Origin: Leptolyngbyaceae cyanobacterium
GTDB taxonomy: Bacteria > Cyanobacteriota > Cyanobacteriia > Phormidesmidales > Phormidesmidaceae
Assembly (NCBI GenBank): GCA_050331235.1
Contig: JBHJHA010000003.1
Span: 1 to 18,223, forward strand
Direction of reading: 5' to 3'
Length of the DNA: 18,223 bases
Positions within the stretch are counted from its first letter, which is position 1; each line of letters starts with the position of its first letter. The position numbers and the translations under genes are program-made. Shown piece by piece: positions 1 through 9,848 of this stretch. The notes below the pieces were generated by a model. It was given only the letters and a program-made list of their open reading frames with translations, did not search any database and was not told the origin of the DNA.

Positions 1-140
1 CAGCCCGTTCAATTTCCTGGTCAATACTCTGGCGGCCTTGGTGGCTTATACCTATCAAGAGAAGAAACCCGCCTTAGACCTAGAGTTCAAAGGCTTGTCG
101 GCGCTCCCTGAAGCCATCTTTTAACTCGTCGAACTGACGT
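1..140 (+). mobile_element. IS982-family insertion sequence, right end (partial)
   Basis: The transposase C-terminus is followed 16 bp after its stop by ...TCGAACTGACGT (ends at 140), which resembles ends of cyanobacterial IS982-type elements as I recall them. The host ORF on the - strand changes character abruptly at 140/141. Confidence 0.75.
2..124 (+). CDS. IS982-family transposase, C-terminal fragment (5' end outside window)
   Basis: Translated by hand, not in the ORF track: SPFNFLVNTLAALVAYTYQEKKPALDLEFKGLSALPEAIF*. This matches the IS982 C-terminal pattern (HR)SxxNFxVNxxxxLxAYxxxxKKP. Confidence 0.8.
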   Translation, partial: SPFNFLVNTLAALVAYTYQEKKPALDLEFKGLSALPEAIF

Positions 141-430
141 GTTCCGGCAGCTACTGCGGTCCCACCGAGGCCCCATCCCAGCCATCCCAACAAGCCGCCG
201 CCGCGATTGGCGTTTGCTGCCTGACGGAGGATGTGCTGATCAAAATCAGGAAAGATGTCTTCAATTTCTGCTTTTAAATCCCTAAACGTAGCGGGTTTGC
301 CCTTTTGGATCCGTAGCTTGTTTAATCGGCGGAGAACAATGTCTCGACGCACGGTTTCTAGTGGATCGGTGACCAGTTTTTTGATCTCAGCAGCCAGAAT
401 GTTGTAAGCGTGATTGTTTAGACGAGGCAT
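141..430 (-). pseudogene. 5' part of a conserved cyanobacterial hypothetical membrane-anchored protein, interrupted by IS982
   Basis: MPRLNNHAYNILAAEIKK...RLNKLR..KG.PA....L...IEDIFPDF....L..AA.ANR is followed by a hydrophobic segment (LLGWLGWGLGGTAVAAG) that runs into IS sequence. The last ~20 aa of ORF 80..430 are read off the antisense of the IS. Confidence 0.7.
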
Positions 431-645
431 ATGGTCTGGGATTCACTAAAAAGACGCATCTACTGTCTTTCTACAGTGCCCAAAATTTGATTTACCGAAG
501 CAAGCGACCGCCAAAACTGTACTGCCAGGTGCTGATAGCGCTTGACGGATCGACCAGAGATCGCTAGGACAAAGCGAGAAGCTGCATGTGCAGTTCACTG
601 CTGTCAATAATGCCGCGAAACTGAGACTGTCACGTCCTCGCAATA

Positions 646-960
646 TCAGCTAGCTTCCTGATGGCGCGGATTGGTCACGACCAAATTGAACTCCCAACCC
701 GGAATTTCGTTGATCTTTTCGGCCAGTCGCCGCAAATCTGCCGCCCCATTGAGGGTCAGGTTAGGTCGGGATCTGACATCAGCCACAATGGTCTCGTCTT
801 CGCCGTGGGCAATCAAGCCAATCGAACAACCCTGCAGGGATGTCGGTAGCGAGTCATCTTCGGGATAAACCACTACGTCGTATCCGGCGCGGTCATATTC
901 ACGCGCCAAACGGAGCAGTCGCCGATGTTCTAATGGAGTTTCAAAAGCTCGACTTTTCAT
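646..960 (-). CDS. Small restriction-endonuclease-fold protein (REase/AHJR-like), catalytic motif degenerate
   Basis: The pattern LAREYxxxGYxVxxxP....LP..L....(PD)LIA..ED.TIV(EVK)SR...L..LA..I...PGWEFNLVVTN fits the family. The PD position reads IG and the ExK position reads DVR. Confidence 0.6.
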   Translation of the reverse strand: MKSRAFETPLEHRRLLRLAREYDRAGYDVVVYPEDDSLPTSLQGCSIGLIAHGEDETIVADVRSRPNLTLNGAADLRRLAEKINEIPGWEFNLVVTNPRHQEAS

Positions 961-975
961 GACGGTTGCCGGACC

Positions 976-1395
976 TTAGGTGACACTTTCAGGGTTTCTC
1001 AGGAAGTCTATTTTAACATGCAAAAATTCTTCGCCCTTACAAAACCCTTCAGCGAGGGCGACCGACATTCCTTTCACGCGAAAAGAGCCGTTGAGATTAC
1101 GGCGTCGGTTATCCAGTTCTGCAATTTGGTAGTCGTCTCGGTAGATTACACCGTTGAGAGCATCCAAGATGGGCTTAATAATACGCTCACTGTCCAAATC
1201 TTGCCCGATGTTGCCAGGAAGCGCATCGTAAAAATGGGTGATCTTTACGTAAAGTTTATCTGCCAAGGGCGATCGCTCCCCCCAACAGTACTGAGCGGTT
1301 GCTCTGACATGCTCGCGCCAAGCTTTCAAGGCTTTTTTATCCTTGGCTCGGTGAGGCACCGGTTTACCGATAATCACAAAATCGAAAGGCAACAC
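976..1395 (-). CDS. RusA-family (Holliday junction resolvase-like) endonuclease
   Basis: LPFDFVIIGKPVP N-terminus, D-S-E-R-IIKPILDALNGVIYRDDYQI core (canonical DxDNxxKxxxDAL...DD) and C-terminal EEFLHVKI. Start is most likely GTG at 1395; the ORF track extends it to TTG 1431. Confidence 0.8.
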   Translation of the reverse strand: MLPFDFVIIGKPVPHRAKDKKALKAWREHVRATAQYCWGERSPLADKLYVKITHFYDALPGNIGQDLDSERIIKPILDALNGVIYRDDYQIAELDNRRRNLNGSFRVKGMSVALAEGFCKGEEFLHVKIDFLRNPESVT

Positions 1396-1603
1396 AAACC
1401 CAATCCCCGATGGTGTTAGCCGGTAGCGCAATTACAAAGTCTTCCCTGATCACAAGCGTGCTAGGCAAACAATCTTGCTGCACAATCATGCAAGAATGTC
1501 AAGCCTCTTTCAATATAAGCGAACAGGATGAGATTGTGGGCTGAGAAACGTCCCATCAAATTGAGCTTAGGGTGAATGTTGCCGCCTGCTAACGCCGCGT
1601 CAC

Positions 1604-2398
1604 TTAAGCAAGCACCTTGCTTTCGATTTGGGTGAGCACTTCAACACCCGTATCAGTCACCGCCACGGTATGTTCAAACTGCGCTGAAAGCTTGCGATCA
1701 GCAGTCACCGCCGTCCAACCATCAGCCAGCACCTCAACTTCATAGGTGCCTACGTTGATCATGGGCTCGATGGTAAATACCATCCCCTTGCGCAGCTTCT
1801 TGCCCTTTCCAGGGGTGCCATAGTGGGGGATTTGAGGCGCAGTGTGGAAGATGCGATGGACTCCGTGCCCAACAAAGTCACGGACGACAGAAAACCCTTC
1901 AGCCTCCGCATAAGCCTGAATCGCGGCTCCAATATCACCAACCCGCGCACCGGGTTTCACCGCTTGAATCCCGCGCCACATGGACTCTTGGGTCACCTCG
2001 ACCAACTTTTTGGCTAAGGGGGAGGGACTGCCGACTAAAAATGTCCGCGACGTATCGCCGTGATATCCATCCACAATCGGCGTCACGTCAATATTGATAA
2101 TGTCGCCATCACGTAAAACCTGGTCAGCGCTGGGAATACCGTGACAAACCACCTCATTGACGCTGGTGCAAATCGATTTTGGAAATGGGTCAATCGCCCC
2201 TGGATAACCCAGAGGAGCACTTTTAGCGCCGTGCTTTTGGGTCCAGGCTTCTGCCGCATCGTTCAGCTCGAGGGTGCTAATGCCAGGCTGCACTAAGGGT
2301 TCTAGATAATCCAGCAGTTGCGCCGCCAGACTGCCGGCCTGCCGCATTTTTTCAATTTCCCGACGCGATAGCAGCGTGATGACCTCTTGCTGTTCCAC
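1604..2398 (-). CDS. map: Type I methionine aminopeptidase
   Basis: Motifs FPKSICTSVNEVVCHGIP, GDIINIDVT, GYHGDTSRT, GHGV...FH, FTIEPMIN and SAQFEHT; the D, D, H, E, E metal ligands are present. Confidence 0.97.
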   Translation of the reverse strand: MEQQEVITLLSRREIEKMRQAGSLAAQLLDYLEPLVQPGISTLELNDAAEAWTQKHGAKSAPLGYPGAIDPFPKSICTSVNEVVCHGIPSADQVLRDGDIINIDVTPIVDGYHGDTSRTFLVGSPSPLAKKLVEVTQESMWRGIQAVKPGARVGDIGAAIQAYAEAEGFSVVRDFVGHGVHRIFHTAPQIPHYGTPGKGKKLRKGMVFTIEPMINVGTYEVEVLADGWTAVTADRKLSAQFEHTVAVTDTGVEVLTQIESKVLA

Positions 2399-2547
2399 AA
2401 TGATTATTTTTTGAATTTTGACAAAGACATTGTTATCTACTTTAGCGCTGCGCGACTGATTTGAGCAGGCGGTTTCCTTGACAGCCGGGGGGAATTAGCT
2501 AACCTACAATTAATTTCTTACTTACGCTATTTTTTGTCGTTGTCGTC

Positions 2548-2943
2548 ATGACACTGTGGTTTTTGTGTTGCGTCTTGCTGTTCATTGCCTCTCGAGGATA
2601 TGACTGGATCAGTCATCAGGGCTGGTTTTTGACCCCTGAGCTGTCTTTGCCTTGGCTGGTTTTGGGTGGCCTGGGTCTTGCGATCGCCTCTAACGGCTTA
2701 GGTACTAATTTACTTAGGTTGTCATCTTCTTCCCTGCTCCACAGTCGGTCAGCAGCTCCGGCGACTCCCCCCCGCCAAAATGCATCTGTTTCGCCGGCAC
2801 AGCATTCCACCTCAGTGCGCCAGACTCCAGACTGCACAGCAATGCCAGTTATCTCCAGGTCAGAAATTGTCCCCCCAGCTCCAGGGTCCGTTTCCTTTGA
2901 GATTCTCCCGCGATCGCCCCAATCTCAAGCTGAGCAGTCGTGA
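2548..2943 (+). CDS. Hypothetical small membrane protein (two N-terminal hydrophobic segments, Pro/Ser-rich tail)
   Basis: ATG start, divergent from map. MTLWFLCCVLLF...YDW...LPWLVLGGLGLAIASN resembles a conserved cyanobacterial hypothetical family; C-terminal SVSFEI. Confidence 0.7.
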   Translation: MTLWFLCCVLLFIASRGYDWISHQGWFLTPELSLPWLVLGGLGLAIASNGLGTNLLRLSSSSLLHSRSAAPATPPRQNASVSPAQHSTSVRQTPDCTAMPVISRSEIVPPAPGSVSFEILPRSPQSQAEQS

Positions 2944-3119
2944 GCGGTGCTAGTAAGACCGGACTTAACTGGCCCTACAATCATGAGCAGAACAAATTTG
3001 ATTGATTGAGAAACCGCAATGTCGTCAGATGCCAACGATCACTCACGCCTTGCCTGCAGTATCAAACCCTCTCCAACGCTTCTCAACATCAGCTTCTGTG
3101 CCCTGCCATTAAGGATGTC

Positions 3120-4070
3120 ATGCTGTCGATTAGAAATTTGAGCAAGACCTATCGTGGCCGACAAGCATTACAGGATCTGAACCTCGACATCTTGCCAGGT
3201 GAGGTATATGGCTTACTTGGGCCAAATGGAGCAGGTAAGACGACCACGATCAACCTCATCTGTGGGCTGCTACAGGCAGACGCTGGCCAGGTCTATATCA
3301 ACCAGCACGCTGCAGGAGAAGCTACCAAATCCTGGATTGGGGTGATGCCCCAGGAAAACTTGCTATATCGGACGCTGACCTGTCAGGAAAACCTCCAGTT
3401 TTTTGCCAAGATCTATGGGGTGCCGCGAAAGCAGCGATCGCCCCGCATTCAAAGCTGCCTATCTGCAGTTAACCTGCAGGACCGGGCCAATACTCCAGTA
3501 GAACAACTCAGCGGCGGTATGCAACGTCGGTTGAGCCTCGCCATCGCGATCGTGCATCGGCCCAAACTGCTAATTCTTGATGAGCCCACTACCGGCTTAG
3601 ACATTGAAGCTCGCCATGAAGTGTGGCAGCTCATCCGGCTGCTCAGCCGCCAAGAGGGGATGACCATCCTACTCACGACGCACCTCCTAGATGAAGCGGA
3701 ACGCCTATGCCAGCGGATCGGTATTATCAAGCAAGGATACCTCTTAGCAGAGGGCACCTTGGCTGAACTGCGGCGGCGCATTCCAGCCAGCGAGATTATG
3801 ATGCTCGAAACGAAGGAATCAGCCCAGGCAGTTGCCCGCGCCCGACAGCTCGGGTTCACGCATCGACGCTATGGGCCAGAGCTGACCTTTTGGATCCCAG
3901 AAACCTTGGAACTGAGGGAACTGATCGCCAAATTTGATGGCGTTCCTTTGGATGCGATTTCTAAAAGCCCGGTCAAATTAGAGCATATCTATCTAGAAGT
4001 CACCCAGGCCGAAATGCCTCAAGCTGAGAAGTCCATCACTGCCAACCGGGGAGTGGTATCGGACAACTAA
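3120..4070 (+). CDS. ABC transporter ATP-binding protein (ABC-2/DrrA-like export type)
   Basis: Walker A GPNGAGKTT, signature LSGGMQRR, Walker B ILDEP, H-loop TTH, and C-terminal LEHIYLEVT. ATG 3120 is preceded by AAGGA. Confidence 0.93.
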   Translation: MLSIRNLSKTYRGRQALQDLNLDILPGEVYGLLGPNGAGKTTTINLICGLLQADAGQVYINQHAAGEATKSWIGVMPQENLLYRTLTCQENLQFFAKIYGVPRKQRSPRIQSCLSAVNLQDRANTPVEQLSGGMQRRLSLAIAIVHRPKLLILDEPTTGLDIEARHEVWQLIRLLSRQEGMTILLTTHLLDEAERLCQRIGIIKQGYLLAEGTLAELRRRIPASEIMMLETKESAQAVARARQLGFTHRRYGPELTFWIPETLELRELIAKFDGVPLDAISKSPVKLEHIYLEVTQAEMPQAEKSITANRGVVSDN

Positions 4071-4132
4071 TCGATGGCCCCATTAAGGTCTATACAGTCA
4101 GAATTATTGAGCGGTAGGCAAAGGGCGAAGGG

Positions 4133-5518
4133 ATGAAGCAAACCATTGTGCAAGGGAAAACGATCGCGGCGATCGCCACCGCCATTGTGCCCCAGCAGGG
4201 CAGCGTTGGGATCGTGCGGCTGTCTGGTGCCACCGCTAAAGACATTGCTCGAGCAATTTTTCACGCGCCGGGGCAACAGCCTTGGCAAAGTCACCGTATT
4301 GTCTACGGTTACGTGATTGATCCACAATCGCAATCCGTTGTCGATGAAGCGCTCATGCTGCTGATGTGGTCACCCCGCTCCTACACCCGCGAAGACGTAG
4401 TCGAGTTTCACTGTCACGGGGGCATCATGGCGGTGCAGCAGGTGTTGCAACTGTGTATTGCCCAAGGGGCCCGACTCGCTGACCCGGGAGAGTTTACCCT
4501 ACGCGCCTTTCTCAATGGTCGGCTAGACCTGACCCAGGCTGAGGGCATTGCTGATTTAGTGGGGGCGCGATCGCCCCAGGCGGCCCATACAGCTTTGGCC
4601 GGTATCCAGGGCAAACTCACCCAGCCAATTCGCCAGTTGCGCGCCGCCTGTTTAGATATTTTGGCCGAAGTTGAGGCCCGGATTGATTTTGAGGATGATC
4701 TACCAGCCCTTGATGAGGCGGCGGTGGCCACCCAACTAGACGACGTAACCCGACAAGTAGCAGGCATACTCAACACCGCGCACCAGGGCGAACTCTTGCG
4801 TACAGGACTAAAGGTCGCCATTGTTGGGCGCCCCAACGTGGGCAAGTCTAGCCTGTTGAATGCCTGGAGCCGTAGTGATCGCGCGATCGTCACTGACCTC
4901 CCAGGCACAACCCGGGATGTTGTCGAGTCTCAACTAGTCGTCAGCGGTATCCCCATTCAGGTGCTGGACACGGCAGGCATTCGCGAAGCCAGCGACCAGG
5001 TAGAAAAGCTGGGCATTGAGCGATCGCAGGCAGCGGCCCAGGCGGCAGATTTAGTGATTTTTACCATTGAGGCCCAATACGGCTGGACTGACGCCGATAA
5101 TGCCCTCTATCAGCGTATTCAACATCGGCCCTTGATTTTGGTCGTGAACAAAACGGATTTGCAACCCAATGACCAACCGTTATCACTGCCCAAAACGGAC
5201 CTGCCCCCGGTGCAAACCGCTGCTGCCCTTAACCAAGGCCTCGAACAACTCGAGCAAACTATATTGCAGGCGGTACAGGGCGATCGCCTTCAGGCAGGCA
5301 ACGCCGAAGTCGCCATTAACCAGCGCCAGGCAGCGGCACTCACCCGCGCCCACACAGCCTTACAGCAGGTACAAACAACAATTAGGGATCAGCTTCCCCT
5401 CGACTTTTGGACAATTGATTTACGCGTTGCCGTTCGGGCCCTAGGCGAAGTCATCGGCGAAGAAGTAACGGAGTCAATACTCGACGAAATCTTTAACCGC
5501 TTTTGTATCGGCAAATAG
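4133..5518 (+). CDS. mnmE: tRNA uridine-5-carboxymethylaminomethyl(34) synthesis GTPase MnmE (TrmE)
   Basis: Motifs [39 protein letters not shown]1 [22 protein letters not shown] and C-terminal FCIGK. Confidence 0.98.
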   Translation: MKQTIVQGKTIAAIATAIVPQQGSVGIVRLSGATAKDIARAIFHAPGQQPWQSHRIVYGYVIDPQSQSVVDEALMLLMWSPRSYTREDVVEFHCHGGIMAVQQVLQLCIAQGARLADPGEFTLRAFLNGRLDLTQAEGIADLVGARSPQAAHTALAGIQGKLTQPIRQLRAACLDILAEVEARIDFEDDLPALDEAAVATQLDDVTRQVAGILNTAHQGELLRTGLKVAIVGRPNVGKSSLLNAWSRSDRAIVTDLPGTTRDVVESQLVVSGIPIQVLDTAGIREASDQVEKLGIERSQAAAQAADLVIFTIEAQYGWTDADNALYQRIQHRPLILVVNKTDLQPNDQPLSLPKTDLPPVQTAAALNQGLEQLEQTILQAVQGDRLQAGNAEVAINQRQAAALTRAHTALQQVQTTIRDQLPLDFWTIDLRVAVRALGEVIGEEVTESILDEIFNRFCIGK

Positions 5519-5691
5519 CCTTGACAGAGCTGCTTGACTGGCCCATCAACATTCCAATAGATTCTGAAGAAAGGTTGAAGAGGAGAATAATAGGGGAACT
5601 ATGACAAGACCTCGTCATTATGGTTAATACCAGGAGGCAAGAAAAGATATTATTGCTTATTAGCCAATTATAGATTTAGAAAGATGTGAGA

Positions 5692-7572
5692 ATGTCATTA
5701 AAGATTCGCCAAATCCTTAATCGAATCCCACTAAAACTAATTTTAACAATTCCATTCGTTATACAAGTGGCTGGTGTTGCCGGCGTTATTGGGTACCTCT
5801 CTTTTCAGAATGGCAAACTCACTGTAAACACTCTGGCATCCCAGCTTAGAACAGAGCTAACCGCTCGAATCTTGCAGCAAATTGAAGAAACTATTGAACG
5901 TCCATACGTTATCAACCAAATCAATGTCAACTCCTTTTTACGCGGTGACATTGATGTAGTTTCAGGTAAAGGGGAGCATCAGCTTTGGCAGCAGGCTCAA
6001 GTTTTTCCCTCCACTAATCTCATCTATTGTGCCACTGAAAAAGAAGGCGCTTTCTTAGGTGTTGGGCGCTCACAAGGTGGCACTGGGGAAGCTTTACAGG
6101 CATATGTCGCCAACGCTGACACTGACCGATACCAATACTATTACGAAATCGATACGACCGGTCAGAGATCGTTTTTACGCAGTAAAAGCACTGAACAATA
6201 TGACCCACGTAGACGCCCTTGGTATACACAGACTAAGCAGGCGGGAAAACCAACATGGAGTCAGATTTACTTAGATTTCAATACCCTACTCCCTGTGATT
6301 ACGGCTAATACTCCCGTCTATGATAATCAGTCCGGAGAACTGCTTGGCATCTGTGCTACTGATGTTATTTTATCTGAAGAACTTAACAATTTTTTGGGTG
6401 AGCTCGAAATTAGCCAGTCAGGCATCGCCTTTATCATCGAGCCTTCGGGTTCCTTGGTTGCTAGTTCTATAGAAGAGCCCACCATTTCAAGTCAAGATGG
6501 CGACCCTCACTTACCTAAGGCTAGCGAAAGCCAAAACTCACTAATTCAAGCGACAACTCAATTTTTAAAGACCAAGTATGAATTATTAGAAGGTGTTGAC
6601 TCTGCTCAACTCAATACACGTTTAAATAGCGATCGCCACTACGTTGAGACCGTACGCTTTAACGATGACTATGGCCTCGATTGGATTGTGGTGTTAGTTA
6701 TCCCGGAGTCTGATTTCATGGCTCAGATCAATCGCAATACAAGACTCACGATCCTGCTATGCGTTATTACTTTCTTAGCGACTTTGGTAATGGGTTTATG
6801 GATCACTCGATGGCTATCATCCCCACTGAGAGAGCTCAGCGCGGCTGCCCAGGAGGTAGGTAGAGGAGAATGGAGCACACCGATAGACCTGACGCGGACG
6901 GACGTAATTGGTGATTTGTCGCGGTCGTTTTCGGCCATGACTCAGCAGCTACAAACGTCTTTTAGAAATTTGGAAAGTCGCATTGAAGAGCGCACTTTTG
7001 AACTAGTCAAAGCCAACCAAGAGTTACAACTCATCTCCCACATTGATGGTCTGACTCAAGTTGCCAACCGACGATATTTTGATCGGTATATTGAGCAAGA
7101 GTGGCACCGATTACAGCGTGAGCAACAGCCCATTTCTCTAGTCCTCTGCGACGTCGATCGCTTTAAGCAATACAACGATCATTATGGGCATCAGGAGGGC
7201 GATCGCTGCCTGCAGAGACTTGCTTACCTTTTGACCAAGGTTGTACAGCGCCCCGCTGATTTGGTCGCTCGGTATGGTGGTGAAGAATTCATTCTGCTGC
7301 TTTCTGACACGGACTCCTCGGGAGCAATCACCGTAGCGCAAAATATTCTTGATACGCTCAACGAAATGCGGATTCCCCATGCCGGCTGTGAAACAGGATA
7401 TGTCTCTGTCAGTCTCGGCATTGGGACTGCCATTCCCCGTCAGCAATTGACGCCTGAAACGCTACTGGCCGCGACTGACTTAGCTCTATATGAGGCCAAA
7501 GAACGCGGCCGCAACCAATATATCGTCGCTGATAGTGAATTTATTCGCCGCGTGCTCCCCGACACTCCTTGA
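5692..7572 (+). CDS. Membrane-bound diguanylate cyclase (TM-dCache-TM-HAMP-GGDEF)
   Basis: Two TM helices flank a Cache region (YDPRRRPWY...WSQIY). A HAMP segment (PLRELSAAA...DVIGDLSRSFSAM) follows, then DGLTQVANRR, DVDRFKQYNDHYGHQEGD and RPAD (I-site RxxD)...RYGGEEF. Start is ATG 5692 or GTG 5686. Confidence 0.93.
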   Translation: MSLKIRQILNRIPLKLILTIPFVIQVAGVAGVIGYLSFQNGKLTVNTLASQLRTELTARILQQIEETIERPYVINQINVNSFLRGDIDVVSGKGEHQLWQQAQVFPSTNLIYCATEKEGAFLGVGRSQGGTGEALQAYVANADTDRYQYYYEIDTTGQRSFLRSKSTEQYDPRRRPWYTQTKQAGKPTWSQIYLDFNTLLPVITANTPVYDNQSGELLGICATDVILSEELNNFLGELEISQSGIAFIIEPSGSLVASSIEEPTISSQDGDPHLPKASESQNSLIQATTQFLKTKYELLEGVDSAQLNTRLNSDRHYVETVRFNDDYGLDWIVVLVIPESDFMAQINRNTRLTILLCVITFLATLVMGLWITRWLSSPLRELSAAAQEVGRGEWSTPIDLTRTDVIGDLSRSFSAMTQQLQTSFRNLESRIEERTFELVKANQELQLISHIDGLTQVANRRYFDRYIEQEWHRLQREQQPISLVLCDVDRFKQYNDHYGHQEGDRCLQRLAYLLTKVVQRPADLVARYGGEEFILLLSDTDSSGAITVAQNILDTLNEMRIPHAGCETGYVSVSLGIGTAIPRQQLTPETLLAATDLALYEAKERGRNQYIVADSEFIRRVLPDTP

Positions 7573-7622
7573 ATGGCACAGAGGCAGACTCGAACCAGCT
7601 TGCGGACAGGGAAAAGATGATC

Positions 7623-8609
7623 CTATCCGCCAATTTGAGACATCGTGCGACTGTAGGCTCCAGTTGTGCCTGCATCCCTCATTTTGAAATTGATTTCGGG
7701 TTTAGCCGTGACCAACTCTGCTACTTGGGTCCGGATATCAGCCGCCGGCACCCCACTTCGTAACTGCTCCCGCAAATTGATTTGCCCTGCTTCGTTCAAT
7801 AAGCAAGGTCGTAACCAACCATCCGCAGAAAGGCGCATGCGATTGCAGCGATCGCAAAAGCATTCGGACATTTGACTGATGAAGCCCAAGGTCCCATGGG
7901 CACCGGGAATCTGAAACACATCCGCCGGACCGTTGCCCTGCACGGTGGCAGCGGTTAACCCCCAGCGATTGCGAATGCGCTGACGCAATGCTTCAGACGG
8001 AATCCAGCCACGATGGTGAAACAGTTCACCATTACCAATGGGCATAAACTCAATAAATCGCACATGCCATTGCCGGTCTAGGGTCAGGGCGGCCAAGTCA
8101 AGGATTTCGCCATCATTCACCCCAGGAATCACCACGACGTTGATTTTTAGCGGGGCAAAGCCCACTCGATGGGCCGCGAGAATGCCTGCCCAAACGTCCT
8201 GCCAGCGAGATTTACCCCGTCCACCAATGATGGTTTGAAACGTCTCTGGATCGAGAGAATCCAGACTAATGTTGATGCGCCGCAGGCCGGCCCGCCACAG
8301 CGCCTCGGCCTTGTTCGCTAGCCAAAAGGCATTGGTGGTCATGGATAAATCCTGCGTTTGGGAAAAATTAGCAATATCCCCAACAATGTCCACTACGTCG
8401 GGGCGCAGGAGTGGTTCGCCCCCAGTGAGGCGAAAGCGGGTAAACCCCAAGGGAATGAACACTTGCTCCAACAGTGATCGCAGCTCGGCTCGAGTGAGCC
8501 AGTCCTGCTGCAGTAGATAAGTCAGGTCCGCGCCCTCTGGCATACAGTATTGGCACTGAAAATTGCAGCGATCAATCAAACTGATACGAAGATAGTCGAT
8601 AGCATTCAT
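7623..8609 (-). CDS. moaA: GTP 3',8-cyclase MoaA (molybdenum cofactor biosynthesis, radical SAM)
   Basis: [17 protein letters not shown] (CxxxCxxC), [32 protein letters not shown] and terminal MSQIGG. Confidence 0.97.
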   Translation of the reverse strand: MNAIDYLRISLIDRCNFQCQYCMPEGADLTYLLQQDWLTRAELRSLLEQVFIPLGFTRFRLTGGEPLLRPDVVDIVGDIANFSQTQDLSMTTNAFWLANKAEALWRAGLRRINISLDSLDPETFQTIIGGRGKSRWQDVWAGILAAHRVGFAPLKINVVVIPGVNDGEILDLAALTLDRQWHVRFIEFMPIGNGELFHHRGWIPSEALRQRIRNRWGLTAATVQGNGPADVFQIPGAHGTLGFISQMSECFCDRCNRMRLSADGWLRPCLLNEAGQINLREQLRSGVPAADIRTQVAELVTAKPEINFKMRDAGTTGAYSRTMSQIGG

Positions 8610-8702
8610 AAGCCAATCAGCCCGCTAGACACGTACACTCAACCAACGTCGCAGCACTGTGCGCGATCGCCCCTACTTTAACAACATTTGAATTGCCAAA
8701 GT

Positions 8703-9848
8703 ATGTCAGTCGATTCGATTTCCTCCCCCGAGCCTCGTGCCGGCTTTACGCTGCCGGTCTTTGCCTGTGCCAGCGCAATGGCCGCTGTCCACAAGCTGCG
8801 GCAGCCCCAAGCCACTATTTTATCCATCCAGCTTGACTTGTTAGAGCCCAAACGCAGGGTTGACATTCCCATCGAGCAAGTGGCGGCCTTGCCTGATGGC
8901 TCAGCCCTTGCCATCACTCGCAGTGATCCTGGTGACAACTTAGATCTCACCCGCAATACTCCCATTTGGGCGATGGTTCGCTGGGGTCAATCGGATCAGC
9001 AGGAGCGCATCCACCTGGAGGGCGGCGAGGGAGTGGGGCGACAAGTGGATGCTAACCATCAGTCGGCCATTTACGCTTATGCCCAGCGCTTGCTGACCCA
9101 CAACTTGACTCCCTATTTAGCTGATGGCGAAACCTTGAGCGTGACGATCATTTTGCCCGAGGGGCGATCGCTCGCCTTGAGAACGTCTAACGCAGCGTTT
9201 GGCGTAGTGGATGGCCTATCGTTGCTGGGCACGTCCGGCCTTTCAGAGCCGCTCAGTGCCCCCGGTCAGCTCGCCAAATTTCGAACAGTAGTGCGAGATA
9301 AAGCCCAGCAGTTTTCGACCCTGGTGTTTTGCGTGGGGGAAAATGGACTGCAGCTGGCGTTGACGTTGGGCGTTCCGAGTGAGCAGCGGGTAAAAACTGG
9401 CAACTGGATAGGACCACTGCTGGTTGAAGCAGCGCTCTGTGGCCTGCCTAAAATTTTGCTGTTGGGCTATCACGGCAAACTAATCAAGCTCGCCGGAGGC
9501 ATTTTTCATACCCATCATTATGTTGCAGATGGACGGCAGGAAATTTTGAGCGCGATCGCCGCCGCGGCCGGACTGCCGACTGCCGAAGTGCAACGGTTGC
9601 TCCAATCGGAAACCCTGGAGTCTGGACTGCGGCACCTGCGGCAGGTGGATGCGAAGCAAACTGAGGATTGGGTCAGCCAAATCTATCAAATCGTAGTGGA
9701 GCGCATTGATCAGCGATCGCAAGCATACATTCGAGCTAACGCCGATCGCTCCATAACCGTCGGTTCGGCAGTTTTTGATCGCCAGCGCGAGATTGTGGCG
9801 ATGAGTGGTCAGGGCCGCACACTCTTGAAGACTCTTTTGGTAAGCTAG
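8703..9848 (+). CDS. cbiD: Cobalt-precorrin-5B C1-methyltransferase CbiD
   Basis: Motifs RAGFTLPVFACASA, SDPGDNLDLTRNTP, GGEGVG, RTSNAAFGVVDGLSLLGTSG and GYHGKLIKLAGGIFHTHH. Lies upstream of guaA, as is common in cyanobacteria. Confidence 0.95.
   Translation: MSVDSISSPEPRAGFTLPVFACASAMAAVHKLRQPQATILSIQLDLLEPKRRVDIPIEQVAALPDGSALAITRSDPGDNLDLTRNTPIWAMVRWGQSDQQERIHLEGGEGVGRQVDANHQSAIYAYAQRLLTHNLTPYLADGETLSVTIILPEGRSLALRTSNAAFGVVDGLSLLGTSGLSEPLSAPGQLAKFRTVVRDKAQQFSTLVFCVGENGLQLALTLGVPSEQRVKTGNWIGPLLVEAALCGLPKILLLGYHGKLIKLAGGIFHTHHYVADGRQEILSAIAAAAGLPTAEVQRLLQSETLESGLRHLRQVDAKQTEDWVSQIYQIVVERIDQRSQAYIRANADRSITVGSAVFDRQREIVAMSGQGRTLLKTLLVS

Noticed and set aside
446..643. 65-aa ORF on the - strand
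   Set aside because: No recognisable motif and an odd Cys-rich composition; more likely the promoter region of the gene at 430.
3006..3119. N-terminal extension of the ABC ATPase from TTG 3006
   Set aside because: The domain begins at ATG 3120, which has an AAGGA site; the extension looks non-coding.
5520..7572. Diguanylate cyclase as a recent horizontal acquisition (looks more AT-rich)
   Set aside because: It contains HIP1 sites (6629, 7199), has a common cyanobacterial architecture and has no mobility signatures.
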